Shown here piece after piece: positions 23,762 through 35,900 of a DNA stretch of 64,000 nt. The notes beneath the pieces are model-generated. The model was given only the letters and a program-made list of their open reading frames with translations. It ran no database searches and was not told the origin of the DNA. This stretch comes from Azolla caroliniana. Taxonomy: Eukaryota; Plantae; Polypodiophyta. Both the position numbers and the translations under genes were made by a program. Each line of letters opens with the position of its first letter. Within the stretch, counting starts at the first letter, position 1. The stretch is from assembly GCA_043228905.1 (NCBI GenBank), contig JBHGNT010000007.1:15376001-15440000 (forward strand), given 5' to 3'.

Positions 23762-26700
23762 GCGCCTGTGTGCATCTGTGCTCCTTGATTCGCGAAAGAA
23801 GAAGGTCTCGATGAAGGGGGCGTTTTCTCTCTACATCTTGGCGCCTTTTTTGAGCCTACACATCTATAGGTTGTGTACTATAATAGCATTACGTGCCATG
23901 TGGCAATGGTTTAATGCCCTATTCATAGCCCCCTCGTACCTTTTCGAAGTGCCTCTTTACTCCTCGTTTGCATGGCCGTTCCCACCACTCCTTTGCATGA
24001 TTCCTTTGATTCGTTTCGATTTTATTTCTTTATTTATTTTAATATCAATTGTTAGGTTAATTCGCGAATGAAGAATCTTGCCGGCCTCGTGACTGTTTGC
24101 CGTCCTCTTATCCAACCCTTGTGCCGGCTCTTTGTCCCCCTTACCAGCTTCATTGTTGCCGATTGCTAATCGGGTTGCTGTTGTTTCCTGGTATCTGGTT
24201 CGGCATCGGCCTTTCCTTGTTCAAATGGGTTCCTCGGCATGGGTCCTTTGTATGGCTTTAGTCAAAATCCGTTGACCCACTTACCCAGAACTTCGCCGGC
24301 AAGTGTCCCTAACTGGTAGGATCCATTGAACTCGCGTGTGATCCAGTACGGTCAGGTCCACCGAAACCGTAGTTTCCCCGGCATCTTTCCCATCCGGGTC
24401 TGGAACACTAGTACCAGCTTGCCGATTCCAAACATCTTTTCATTTCCTTTTCGGTGGCGATCCACAAACGCCTTTCTTCGTCGTTGCTCCAGTTCTAGGT
24501 GCATGATACTCACTAGTCAGTGTTCTTCTAGTTCACACAGAGCCGCTAACCGAATTGCCTCTGATTCCTTTTCATTTAACTGTTCCCTAATCTGAATCCG
24601 TAAGCTCAGGACCTGGAACTCTACCGGCATGACGGCCTCCAATCCGAATGCTAACCGTAACGGTGTGGTTTGGATGCTTGTTTTGTAGGTTGTCCGGTAA
24701 GCCCAGAGTGCACTGTGCAACTTCGTCTCCCAGTCTGTCCGGTTTTCGTTGACGATTTTCCGAAGGATATTCTGTAGTGTTTTGTTTGTCGACTCGGCTA
24801 ACCCATTTGCTTGCGGATAGTATGGCGTGCTGCGTTTATGCACCACGACATAGAACGACGTCAAGCTTTCCACCACTTGGCCGAGGAAATGCCCTCCTTG
24901 GTCACTTATTGGCTCGATCGGGCATCCATACCTGCACCAGATGTATTCATACAAGAATTTCTCCGTCGACGCCGCGGTGTTGTCGCGCAAGGCTTTGGCT
25001 TCTACCCATTTCGTGCACTAATCCGTAGCTACGATCAAATACCGGTTGCCGGTTCTCATTGCCGGTGGTTTGAATGGACCCACAAAATGCAGCCCCCATT
25101 TTTGAAATGGTTCTAACGGCAATACCGGCTAGTGCGGCATCCTAGCTTGTTCAGTTGGCTGACCCATTCGCTGACATAGGTCGCATTCTTTAGCATACCG
25201 GACCGCGTCTTTCAATGTTGTCGGCCACCATAGGCCACTCTGCCATATCTTCCTTGCCGTAGCATCTCCGGCGTAATGGCCTCCGGCAACTCCGTAGTGT
25301 GCTTCTCGTAGTATTATATCCTTCTCGTCGCTGCACACCGCCCGTCGCCATATACCGTCCGCGCCTTTGTGGTATAGCGTGTCCCGTAATAAACAAAAGT
25401 GTTGGCTTTGTACCGCCAGGCGTTTCCTCTCGTCCCGGTTTATCTCGTCCGGAGGCAATCCAGTGCTCAAAAATTGTTGCATATTCGTCAGCCACTTATC
25501 CTCTTGTGCCACCGTTTCATCTGTTGCCATTTCCGCGGTGACTCGAAATAGCTCAACATACGGAAACTCGTCCGGGACTCCATCACCAGTCTCGCTGGAA
25601 TCTAACCGGCTCAAATAGTTTGCTACTGCGTGCTGTATGCCGGGTCGGTGGAATGTTTCGAACTCAAATTCCTGCAATAGTAACGTCCACCGTGCCAACT
25701 TACCGGTTAGTGACGCTTTGGAAACTAAATAGAGGAGTGTTGAATGATCTACGTGGAAGGAAAATTTCCTTCCCAGCAAATAATGTCTGAACTTTGCCTC
25801 ACGTTGTAGATCATGCCCAAAGCTTCCCTTTCCGTGGTGGAATAATTTCGTTCTGCTTGGGATAACTTTCGGCTCGCATAATACGGGCCGGTACCACCTT
25901 GGCTTCGTAAGTTGCATCAGCGCACTTCCGATTGCAATGTCGGACGCATCCACGAACACATGAAACTCCTTAGCCCAATCCGAGGGTTGCACTACTGGCA
26001 CTTGTGACAATAGTATTTTGAGTGCCCAGTACGCCTTGTCTTCAGTGTCCGTCCACTGGAACGGTGTTCGGTGTACCGCAGCATGCAGTGGTGTAGCTAG
26101 GTCCGCTAGATACCGGAGCATTCGTCTATGCCACCGGATTTGACCTAAGAAACGGCTTAATGCTTTAGCCGTTGTTGGTGTCGGCTCCTCCAAGATTGCT
26201 TTTACTTTGTCCAGGTCCACGACAATTCCTTCCTTGCTCACAATGTGTCCTAATAGCGCCCCGCTTGACACTCCAAATACACATTTTGTCGGATTCAAGC
26301 TCAGCCGGTAAGCCCGACATTTCTCTAGACACAGTCGGAGGTGCTGAAAGTGATCTCCTTCCCGTCTATAGACTGCGAAGTCATCCAGAAACACCTGCAT
26401 GAATGCCGGTATGAACTCTCCGAATATTTCCATGATGATCCTTTGGAACGTTGTCGGCGCCGTTTTTAGTCCGAACATCATTACTACGGCAACAAACACT
26501 CCCCATTCGGTGGCGAAAGCCGTTTTCTCCTGGTCATCAGGGTGCATCCAGATCTGGTTGTATCCACTGAATCTATCTAAGAAACTGTATACCTCATGGT
26601 CGGCGACTGCGTCCAAAACTCCATCCGTAAATAGGAGTGGGAATGCATCTGTTACCGTCGCCGCATTAAGCTTACGGTAGTCGACACAAACTCTAATTTT

Positions 26701-29700
26701 GCCGTTTGTCTTTGGTACGACTATTATCGGGCTCAGCCATGTAGATTTCTTTATTGGGCGGATAAAGCCAACCCTCAGCAACTTGTCGATTTCCTCCTTG
26801 ACTTTGGTGGCGTAATTTGGATTCAACCGGTACCGCCGCTGTGCTACCGGTTTGGCGTCTTTGCTCAAATGTATCAGATGTTGATATAGCTGAGGATCGA
26901 GCCGTCACATATCCTCATAAGACCAGGCAAACACGTCCCGAAATTCTTTGAGAAGTGTAATCATCGTCGTTTTGTTCTCCGGAGTCATTTCCTTGGCGAT
27001 GTGCACCGGTCTCGCCTCTTCCGTAGTTCCTAGATTTACCTCCTCTAGTTGGGATGCTTTAACCCGTTGCGATATGGCCATTTCTCTTTCTAGCGCCTCC
27101 TATGCTTGTCGTAGCTCCCGGATCACTTCTTTATTTGGTTCCTCGTCGGCTCCATCCGGTTGCAGTATGTATGGTGATACGGCTTCGGCTACGTCAATTT
27201 CGAACAGAGGTACGATCTTCAGATTATCCTACAAGTATTGATCTACCTCTTCGTCTGCTAATCCGTCCAGCATATTGACACATTCGGCATATAGGGGTGT
27301 CAATTCCTTCCCGGTACCCGTCCGTGGTTGTGTCGGTACCCGTACTTTTGCTTTTCCCCGCCGGAAGGTGATTATATTCTTCCTCCATTTTTGTTTAATG
27401 TGCGCCGTTTTCAACCACGGCCGTCCCAACAAGAGTGGGTAAGCTCCTTGTGCCTGTAGTTGTAGCACTACTGCCGAACTGTGAAATGTGTGGCCGCCGA
27501 TCGTTACTTCCAAATCTCGTATCAAGCCGGTCGGTCGCACTAAGCTTGTATCCGCCATCCGTAGCCAGAACGGGCATGGTTCCCACTCTTGGATTCCCAA
27601 GGTTTTGCACGTTCGGAGGCTAATCACATTGACGTCGGATCCTCCATCTATTACTGTTCCGGGTAACTCCTTTCCCTTCACGATGGCTGTGATCGCCGGA
27701 CTGTTTGTGTCTACTACCGTCGGTCCCTCCTCCGGATTTGAGAAGAATGTTGGAGCCGATGGTGTTTCTCCTGCCGTCATGCATGTCTTGAGTCCTTCTA
27801 TGAATCTGGGCACTAGCTGTAGGAGCCGTCCTAATGGCAGCGTAATTTGGCATTCCTGCAATGCCTGCCATGTCGCATTTTCAGGCTGACTACCGCCGGC
27901 GAGGTCTTCGGTATTCGCCTTTTTTACCTATTCCGTTGCCTGCTTGCGGATGGCCTCTTGCGCCTCCCATTCCGTCGCCTTACCCTTCGATCTTGTGGTT
28001 ACCTGCTGCATGTTTGCGACTTCGGCTACTACCATGTTCATCGCCGGTCGTTTATCATAGCTCTTTGCCGGGCATTGATTACTATAATGTCCTTCTTGTT
28101 GACAATAGTAGCAATATGCTTTTCGGGTAGTGCTGGACTCGGCGTTGTTTCCTATCCCCGGTGGAGGACCTGTGGTAACGGCGAGGCTTTGATCCGGTTG
28201 GTTGCTTGAGGCGCCCTTCTCCGGTTCTCGTAGGTAACCCCTTTTCTTGAAATAGCGTTTCTTTTTGTTCCGATACTCTTGACGGGGCTGCTCATCATGT
28301 CTGTCGTAGGCTTCCCGTCGTTGGTTGTAACCGGGGGATTGGTCCCGATTGTATCTTTCATACGATCCATTATAATCCCGGTATCGATCATATCTATCAT
28401 ACCAATCAGGGTTGTCCCTGTACAAGATATCCTGTGCCGGTCGGTATCGCTCTTCTCGCCTCCAATGTTCTTCTTCCTCCTCCTTGGAACTCCGTGGTTT
28501 GATTTACCGAACCGGTGGTGCTTGGCGAGTCCACAAATTGTACTCGCACTGCTCCATTGTGTGGTTCCTGGAATGGCACAGTAGACATTGTGACCGCATG
28601 GTACATTCTAGTGCTGAGTGTCCAGCATTTAGGCATGTTGTGCATTGAATGGCCTGTCGAAACCGGAGATCCTCATCGGTTGGTAACGCTCGTTGGAGTG
28701 CTCCCATTGTTAGCCAAGAGCTTGTTTTCTCCATTTCTCTAACTCGGTCGATGACCTAGTCGACGGTACTTGTGCGAAAGTTGATGACCGTGCATACCGT
28801 CCGTAGAGGTTCCCGGAGCGCGGCTAAGAATATAGCCCGTGTTTCTTCCTCCGGAGGTGCTCGGGTAAGCTGATTGTGCATCCGTTGAAACCGGATGACA
28901 AACTGCGGAATGCTCTCCCTAGGGTCCTGTCGGATGGTATAAAATAGGCCCACCATTTCTCTCTGGTCTACCTCCTTCTGAAAGAAGTGCAAAAATTTAG
29001 CTTTCAGGTCCGCAAAGGTGGTGATGGTGCTGGGGTCCTGCGTCCGATGCCATCTGGCGGCCGGTCCTTCCAATGTCACGCCGAATTCGGCTATCTTAGA
29101 TCGTTCCTCTTCGGCTGCGGTTAACCGTTGTGACACATGGTTCGCCTCCCATGTTTGTTGAAAAGCGTGAACATGAGCCTCTGCGTCCGGGTCATCCCTA
29201 TACTTGGGGTACTAGAACGACATGTCGTCGTCCGGTGTCGGTCCGCAGGCTGGCAGTGTCGGTGGTCTTTCCCGCTCTTCCGTCGGCGTCGGAGGTCTTT
29301 GTTCCTCCTCCTTCAGTGTTGCCGGCTTCTCCTCCTCGACTTCCGATGTCGGAGGTCTTTGCCGGTCCTCCTTCGGTGTCGGAGGTCTTTCTTCGTCCTC
29401 TTTCGTCTCCGGAGGTTGCTCCACGTCTAGTGCCGGAGGTTCCCAGTCTGACAATTCTGGTTCCGGTGTCGGTAATGTATCTGACTCCTCGTCCTCCGGT
29501 CCTCCTGGGGTGTCGTTACTGCTGCGATAGTTCGTGTGCGTGCTGTAACCCCCTTCTGAATCCAATTCCAACGCCAAAAACGCTTCGGATTCACCGTCTC
29601 TTCTGACCAAGGCCTGGAGAAGGGATTCCGCTTCCCGGAGACTGCTTAAGCTGCTTCCTTCGTCCGGGTAAGCATTTTGTTGCAGACGGAGCGACTCCTC

Positions 29701-29879
29701 CACCACTTTCCGGATCACTTTGGAAAATGATCGATCCGATCGGATTTCTTCCGCCACTTGCTAGAAATCCTCTCGCCGCCTTCGTCGTTCAGCAAGTCTT
29801 CATGCTCTCTCCGTAACCGGGTCGTCTGTTGGCCTAGTCATCCATTCCCGCCGTTGTTCACTGCGATTGTGCAGGAATC

Positions 29880-29889
29880 GTGGTCGCCA
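29880..29889 (-). promoter_or_regulatory. Primer binding site of gypsy B, tRNA-Arg type
   Basis: Minus strand reads TGGCGACCAC, 7 nt inside the 5' LTR. It is complementary to a ...GUGGUCGCCA tRNA 3' end (plant Arg-UCG as recalled). Confidence 0.7.
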
Positions 29890-31540
29890 AAAACTGTGTT
29901 AATCCTTAGGGCTGGACAACAGCCTAACATAGGGTGTCCACTTAAGACACTTCACCAAAGGGTGTTACGATGAGATAACTTACGACACAACGCTTAATTG
30001 GACCTTAATCGGTTACTTAGCAATACATCATTAACACGCGTAAGATATACAATAAGCATAGCACGGTGAACAATATTCAATGATTAAACAAAAGGTTTAT
30101 ATTACTCTCCGTTAATGACTATATTATAACCGGGCCTTTATATAGGTCACCGGTGCGAAGTACAAAACGGTGCCAACCGGCATCTTTTCGGGATCGGTCC
30201 GGATCCGGATCGGCATACCGATTCCGGTCCGTCCGTCCACATCTTTTCATATATTAATCTATATATTAAGACTAGTAATTTGAACAGATTCCTAAATAAC
30301 AATTCCCCTTTTCACACCCTGGTCTTTGCCGGCTGAGTGACACTCCGCGAAGTCCGCTTCCTATTTCCTCAGTCTTACTCCGGAGAGGCCTCGTAAACAC
30401 CGATGGCCAGAATCCAGAGTCCTTCGTCCCTTTGCTGCCGTTGTCACTCCCTACCCAGATTCCGGCCGATGCCGAGTAGTGAATGGTTTCAGCGTGACGC
30501 ACTATGGCTTCTTCCATCAGCCACTTCATTCCGCCACGCCCGGTATTCAACTCTGTCCGGGTCTCGCTAGCATGCACCCACCCATTCCACAGGTACACAA
30601 CGTTAGTCATGAGTGCTTCTGCGAAGTCCGCGCACTCCTTCCGGATGTCACCGACCGCGTCACACCACATGCACCACTGCCTTGCCGGAGGCCTTCGGTC
30701 GCGAGACGGTTCGTCGCTGTCTCTCTGGGCCTGCGCAATCTGGAGATCGCACACCATCTGCGTCAGCTCTTCCAGAGCCGCTTCACCGGATGGGCCCTTG
30801 ACCATGCCGGTCGAGATTGAGCCCGTCTCAAGCCAATCCCGGGTTTCCTCCTTTCGTGCTGGCAAAGGTTCCTCGAACTTCCTTGCTGGAATGGATCTTG
30901 CCGCCGACGAACCTTCGTCGCACCACTCACGCTTCTTGTCGAAACGACTGCAGACTCTTTTAACCATGGCCCAGTCGGCTGTCAGCCCATCATCTATCTC
31001 TAGCAGGAGACCCACTTGATCCAGATCCCGCACATCCACCGCTTTGACGAACAATAGGACATGGCTCGTGTCTAGCACGGTCCTGTCCAATGATGAGAGC
31101 TACACAAAGCGTTCCTCAAACTCCCGGAGGAGCGCCGACGCATTCCTCCCCTTTCGGGGGGTCTCCACCCATTCCATGAAGTCCCGCTTTGATAGACGAC
31201 GCACTACATCGAGCCCATATTTTTCGAGCAACTGCCCTTCAAACTCTCCCCAGGTCCGGCACCCAACCTATACCTCGAGCACCTCTTCGTGGATGCCCGG
31301 CGTCGCCACCCGAGGGAATCTGGTCAGTTGCCTGTCCTCTAGGATGTCCCTCATCACCATCTCGGCTCAGTAGGCCTCCAAATAGCTTCCCACCGAACTG
31401 GCCTATTGTGCCGACAATCGCTTCTATGGTCTTGTCGAGGGCGCCCTGCCCTCGCGAGCATTCACTATCCGATCAACAGCTGCCACCATGGCTTCGGCAA
31501 GCTCAAATCCCCTCATCTTCGACTCCTCTGCCGCCTTGTT

Positions 31541-31557
31541 TCACGCCGGGTTCACTA
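31541..31557 (-). promoter_or_regulatory. Primer binding site of gypsy A, tRNA-Trp type
   Basis: Minus strand reads TAGTGAACCCGGCGTGA, 4 nt inside the 5' LTR. It has 2 mismatches to TGGTGAACCCGACGTGA, the complement of the plant tRNA-Trp 3' end as recalled. Confidence 0.7.
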
Positions 31558-32991
31558 ACTTTGTCGTGTTGTTTCACTTACGTGAGAGAAACTAAGGCGG
31601 GACAACGGGGGCCTTGGACCGAGGGGTGCAAGAGATCAAGGGGAGAGAGAACACGAGCGTCAAGCCGGCAAATGCCTGCTTCTGGTAAGCGGCGCTTACC
31701 GGCCGAATGAATCACAACCTCGTGTAGAGAACGAATAGAGTTGTGCACCCACCATACAGTGAAAGGGAAACACGCAAAAAAGCACAAAGAGACAACAAAT
31801 AGGAGAATCGATTCCAACGATAAGGATTACAACTTTGCAAGATTACAACTGGTGAGCTGGAAACAGACCCAACACAGACACTCACTCTCACGCACACAGT
31901 GGAGCCCCTACTGGAAGCACTCGGGCTTTCCTCAAAGTAGAGGCAACCGACCAAGAACCTGTAGAGAACAAAGATAGAGGAGGAGAAAGCCCGGTTCCCA
32001 GTCCGACAACACTCCGTCCTCGCCAAAACGCAATACCTGTTTCAGCCTTCTCCCCTCTCTTTTATAGGTCGTCGGGGAGGGCCGTCACATCCTAAATACA
32101 TCATCTTTACTCTTTGTCCCTTCGAACAGAGATACGCATCGATTTCCTAGCTAATATATGTGTTCTACCTAGTATATTTACATCAGCCGACCTATTCCTA
32201 ATTATGTACAACTTATCAATCCTTGTGCCCGCGCGTAGGGCCGATTCATGCACCCTTTATACTGTTTCCGCCTAAGGCCGGTTTTCTTCACGACAACGGA
32301 ACCCCTACCAACAATTGTTCCCAGCCCTAACCCATCCACTGCCACAACCACCCACCCTACCCCAACACCCTCCACCACCCCCAAACCCTTAGATGACATG
32401 GTGAATGACATCATCAGGATGGCTTCTGTCATGAATCCACACCTACTCCAAGTCCACGTTGTCGTGAAGATTCCAGGCCATAGGGGGAAACGTCGCCAAA
32501 TGCGTGGGAATGCAGGTGTGCACAAGTGCACCCCCTTTTTGTACTAATTTATGTAAATACTAGGTGTCGGTAGGTTTTGTGGATTACTAGGAAGTTGTGC
32601 ATTATTAGAGGATTTAATATCGCGTAGGTGGGGGGGAACAAAGGTGAGATAGCGAGAGCACATCAAGAAGAGAATCTAGGAGGGAATATGGAGAGGTCAT
32701 TAAACCTGATGAAACGGTTGTTCCTTGTGCGATAAAAGGGGCGGCCTCAGACTATTTGAGGTATCGATGTTTCTTTTTAGGAGAAGACACTACCGAACAA
32801 GAAGAAGTAGCTCACTCTCTCATTCTCTTCCGAACCTCTGTTGTATGTTTTTAGGGTTAGGGTAGAGGATGAGGATGAATGGTAATAGTGTAATAGTGAA
32901 AATGATGGAGAGATCATAAAGAACAAGACAAGCATTGAGGGGTGGGCGGTGGTGCCTAAAATGGTTCCACCCCCCTCCCAAGGGGGTTCAA

Positions 32992-35900
32992 CGTTAAGGG
33001 GGGGGGGAGAGAGAGAGAGAGAACGAAATGATCATTGTTTATTCATTCCCCATAAGGGGTTAAATAGGTACAAAAGGGTAGATACACAAGCATGCAAGCC
33101 CCCTTGGCATTCACACCTAGTCACTCACTCGCACCTCTTTGTATCAACCACACTCACACTTACATTTACACTCATAATCGTATAACATTATACATACATA
33201 TCAACACATTACATCTTTCACCCTCACTTATCACACTTGTCAATCACCCGTACATCTTGTACGGTAACACAATATGGCACACCCGTGGGAGAGTGCCTTG
33301 CACGTCAATTCCACATGCCTTGATCATAATCTTTAATCGACCGGAACTTCCGTCAGTCGTCTCTACGATCGACTTTCTTGATCAGAGCGCTTGACTCGAA
33401 CATCTCCTCCAGTCAACAACTTTTCATCGACGCGAACATTCTCGTTCTGTCGTTCCCGAACTTCGGTAACATCATTAGGGTCATCGAAAAAACGTTGTAT
33501 GCATGTGTGTTCTTCTTTGTATCTTGTGAGTTCTGTGTGGATCGCGTCCATTTCTTTTAGGTTCATGTGTTTTCGAAATTTTGTAGGTGCCCTTTGATTT
33601 TTAAAATTTTTATTATATACCCTCGAGTTTTGAAAATTTCAGTCAGTACCCTCAGGGTTTCAATATTTGTTACATGCCCTTTTTTTTTCTTTTTCCCTCT
33701 CTTTTTGTGGTTTCTTCTAGTTCTTCTTCTTCCTTCTTCTTGTTGATTTGTATCTTTCTTCTGTTTCCTTGTCTTTCTGTCTCTGTGTTTTCTGATTCTT
33801 CTTCCCTTCTCTGTTTTTGTCCTTCTCTCCATTTTCTGTTTCTTCTTCCCCTCTCTCTTTCTTTTTGTTGAGAATCAAGCTCAACTTGGTCTAGTGTGTG
33901 AACTCACCTTGAGAGTGAAGAGACACTCCAACGGTCAAGAGTCACCATTATGTCACCACTTTGTATTCTAGCATTTAGTATGAGTCATAGAATCATATTC
34001 TATGACACATAACTTATGAGCTTTCACATTCCCCATGCTCCATGAGGCCTGTAGTCAATGAAGAGAGAGGGTGACTACATAAAGCACCCTCCTCCCACCT
34101 TGTAATGTGTTGAGTCTTTCTCCTTTGTCAATATACTCTTACCTTGCGTATTCTTTGTGTTTCTCTCTCTCACTCACTCTCTCTTACACACATACACAAC
34201 TCACATCTCTTCCGCTTCACAAGAATCCATCTCTTGATTCTTAACATGGTATCAGAGCGATTTGGTAGCTCGATCTAGCCCATTCGCCTCATCGTGATCG
34301 TGTGTTGTGCTCTACGCCGACGACCAAGAACCGGCTCATGGCTATCGTAGCTTCGCTACATAGCTCGCATTCGAAGAGAGAAGAAGAAGAAGAAGAATCG
34401 ATATAATGAATACTCAAATGGGGAGCGCTCTCCCTACCGAGAAGTTGGATCGAAACAACTTTTCATCTTGGGAGTACAAGATGCACCAATACCTTGTCGG
34501 ACAAGGCTATTGGAGCTACATCAAAGGAGCGCATGAAGACCGACCTGCCGAAGCGGCTCCCGGATACGCAACATGGGAGCAAGCCGCAAGACGCGTGATG
34601 TATTGTTTGGCGACATGTGTTCACGACCACATGCTAGGTTACATTCGAGAAGCCAAGACGCCAAAGGAAGCGTGGGAAAATCTACGAAAGATTTTCATCG
34701 CCAACACGACCGCGAGGAAGCTCCAACTCCGCCAAGAGTTGAACAACATTCAACAAAGGGACATGTCCATCACGACATACACCTTGAAGATCAAGGAGCT
34801 TTGCGACTCGCTCTGCTCAATAAGCGTAAGTATAGATGATGATGAGATGGTGCAAATATGCCTCGGCGGCCTCGCACCACGGTTCAGCGCGATGCGAACC
34901 GCCGTTCTAGCACGGGAGAAATCTCCCTCCTTCTTCGAGCTCCAATAAATGCTATTGGTTGAAGAAAACCATGTGCATACAAGGAGCAATGAGTCGGAAG
35001 GCCACATGCTCTACACACACTCTAATGGAGGAAGAGGACGCGGACGAGCAAGAGGCCGATTCGGCCAAGGACAAGGCGGACGAGGTCCGACCTACGACAA
35101 CAACTCCCAATTTTGGCCGCAAAACGGAGGCCAACGAGGAACCTTCGCAAGAAGGGGGAGCTTCCACTCCGGCCTGAGCCGTCAAAATGCAACTGAATGC
35201 GGATATTGCGGAAAGCTCAGCCACCACGAAGAAGAGTGCCGAAAGAAGATGCGTGAATCGGCTTCCACAAGCTGACAACTCACGAATTACACGCACAATT
35301 CCGACTACGAAGAGTATAGCGGAATGTACGGGAACAACTCCGACTACGAGGATCGTGGCGGAATGTACACATACAACTCTGACCGTGGCGGAATGTTCAT
35401 GATGAAACATAGAGCAAAGTCTATGTCGGCCTCTACCTCAACTAGTGCCCTCAATCCAGAAGACATATGGTTTGTTGACTTCGGAGCCTCAAACCATATG
35501 ACATCCCACAAAGAATGGTTTCTCGAACTTCGAGAGCCGAAGCGACCCGGTTATGTCGAAACTGGAGATGACACTACACACCCGATTCGGCACATCGGCA
35601 ATGTTCCATTCGGCGAAGGAGGTAAGCAAACATACATTAAAAATGTCTTGCATGTTCCCACCATCACAAAGAATTCGGTCTCGGTTGGCCAAATGGTTGA
35701 GCAAGGGATGCAAGTACGATTCGACCAAGAAGGGTGCTTCATCGAAAAAGAAGGTTGAATCATCGCACGCGGAAGAAGAGAGGGCCGGATGTTCATTCTC
35801 GATTCGCACGAGATGAAATCCGCCATGTTCGCGAAAAGCACGAAAGCCGACTCTGACATAGAGCTATGGCATAAGCGAATCGGCCACATCAATCTCAATA

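Larger units (their letters stand above)
20355..30342 (-). mobile_element. Full-length Ty3/gypsy element B (non-chromovirus, Athila/Tat-like layout) with an extra 3' ORF, inserted into the gag region of A
   Basis: 446-bp LTRs at 20355-20800 and 29897-30342. TSD CTCCA/CTCCG. TATA-like CCTATATAAAGG on the minus strand in the LTR. gag 28756-29136, protease VIDGGSDVNVI, RT CVDYRKLN..FLDDF, RNase H, integrase TPYYPQANGLAE. Several stops and frameshifts. Confidence 0.95.
9510..32295 (-). mobile_element. Ty3/gypsy LTR retrotransposon A (degenerate; possibly Phygy/DUF4100-type), host of two nested elements
   Basis: LTRs at 9510-10246 and 31562-32295 (TGTCG...CACGACA). PPT GGTGGGGGTGGA at 10247-10258 (minus). 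Order: gag 30343-31500, protease ALIDHSSE (19450-19839), RT DLYSGYNQ..LPQGGTN..FLDHIPIKG, RNase H, integrase TTAYNPEANGKVERGH. Flanks ATGG/ACGG. Confidence 0.93.

Noticed and set aside
20355-30342. Reading gypsy B as a plus-strand element because of the PBS-like TGGCACGCCC at 20803
   Set aside because: All coding domains, the TATA box and a second PBS are on the minus strand, and no plus-strand PPT precedes the right LTR.
35297-35400. 39-bp NSDYE..GGMY repeat in copia D gag-PR linker
   Set aside because: Real but short, and consistent with ordinary slippage in a variable linker.
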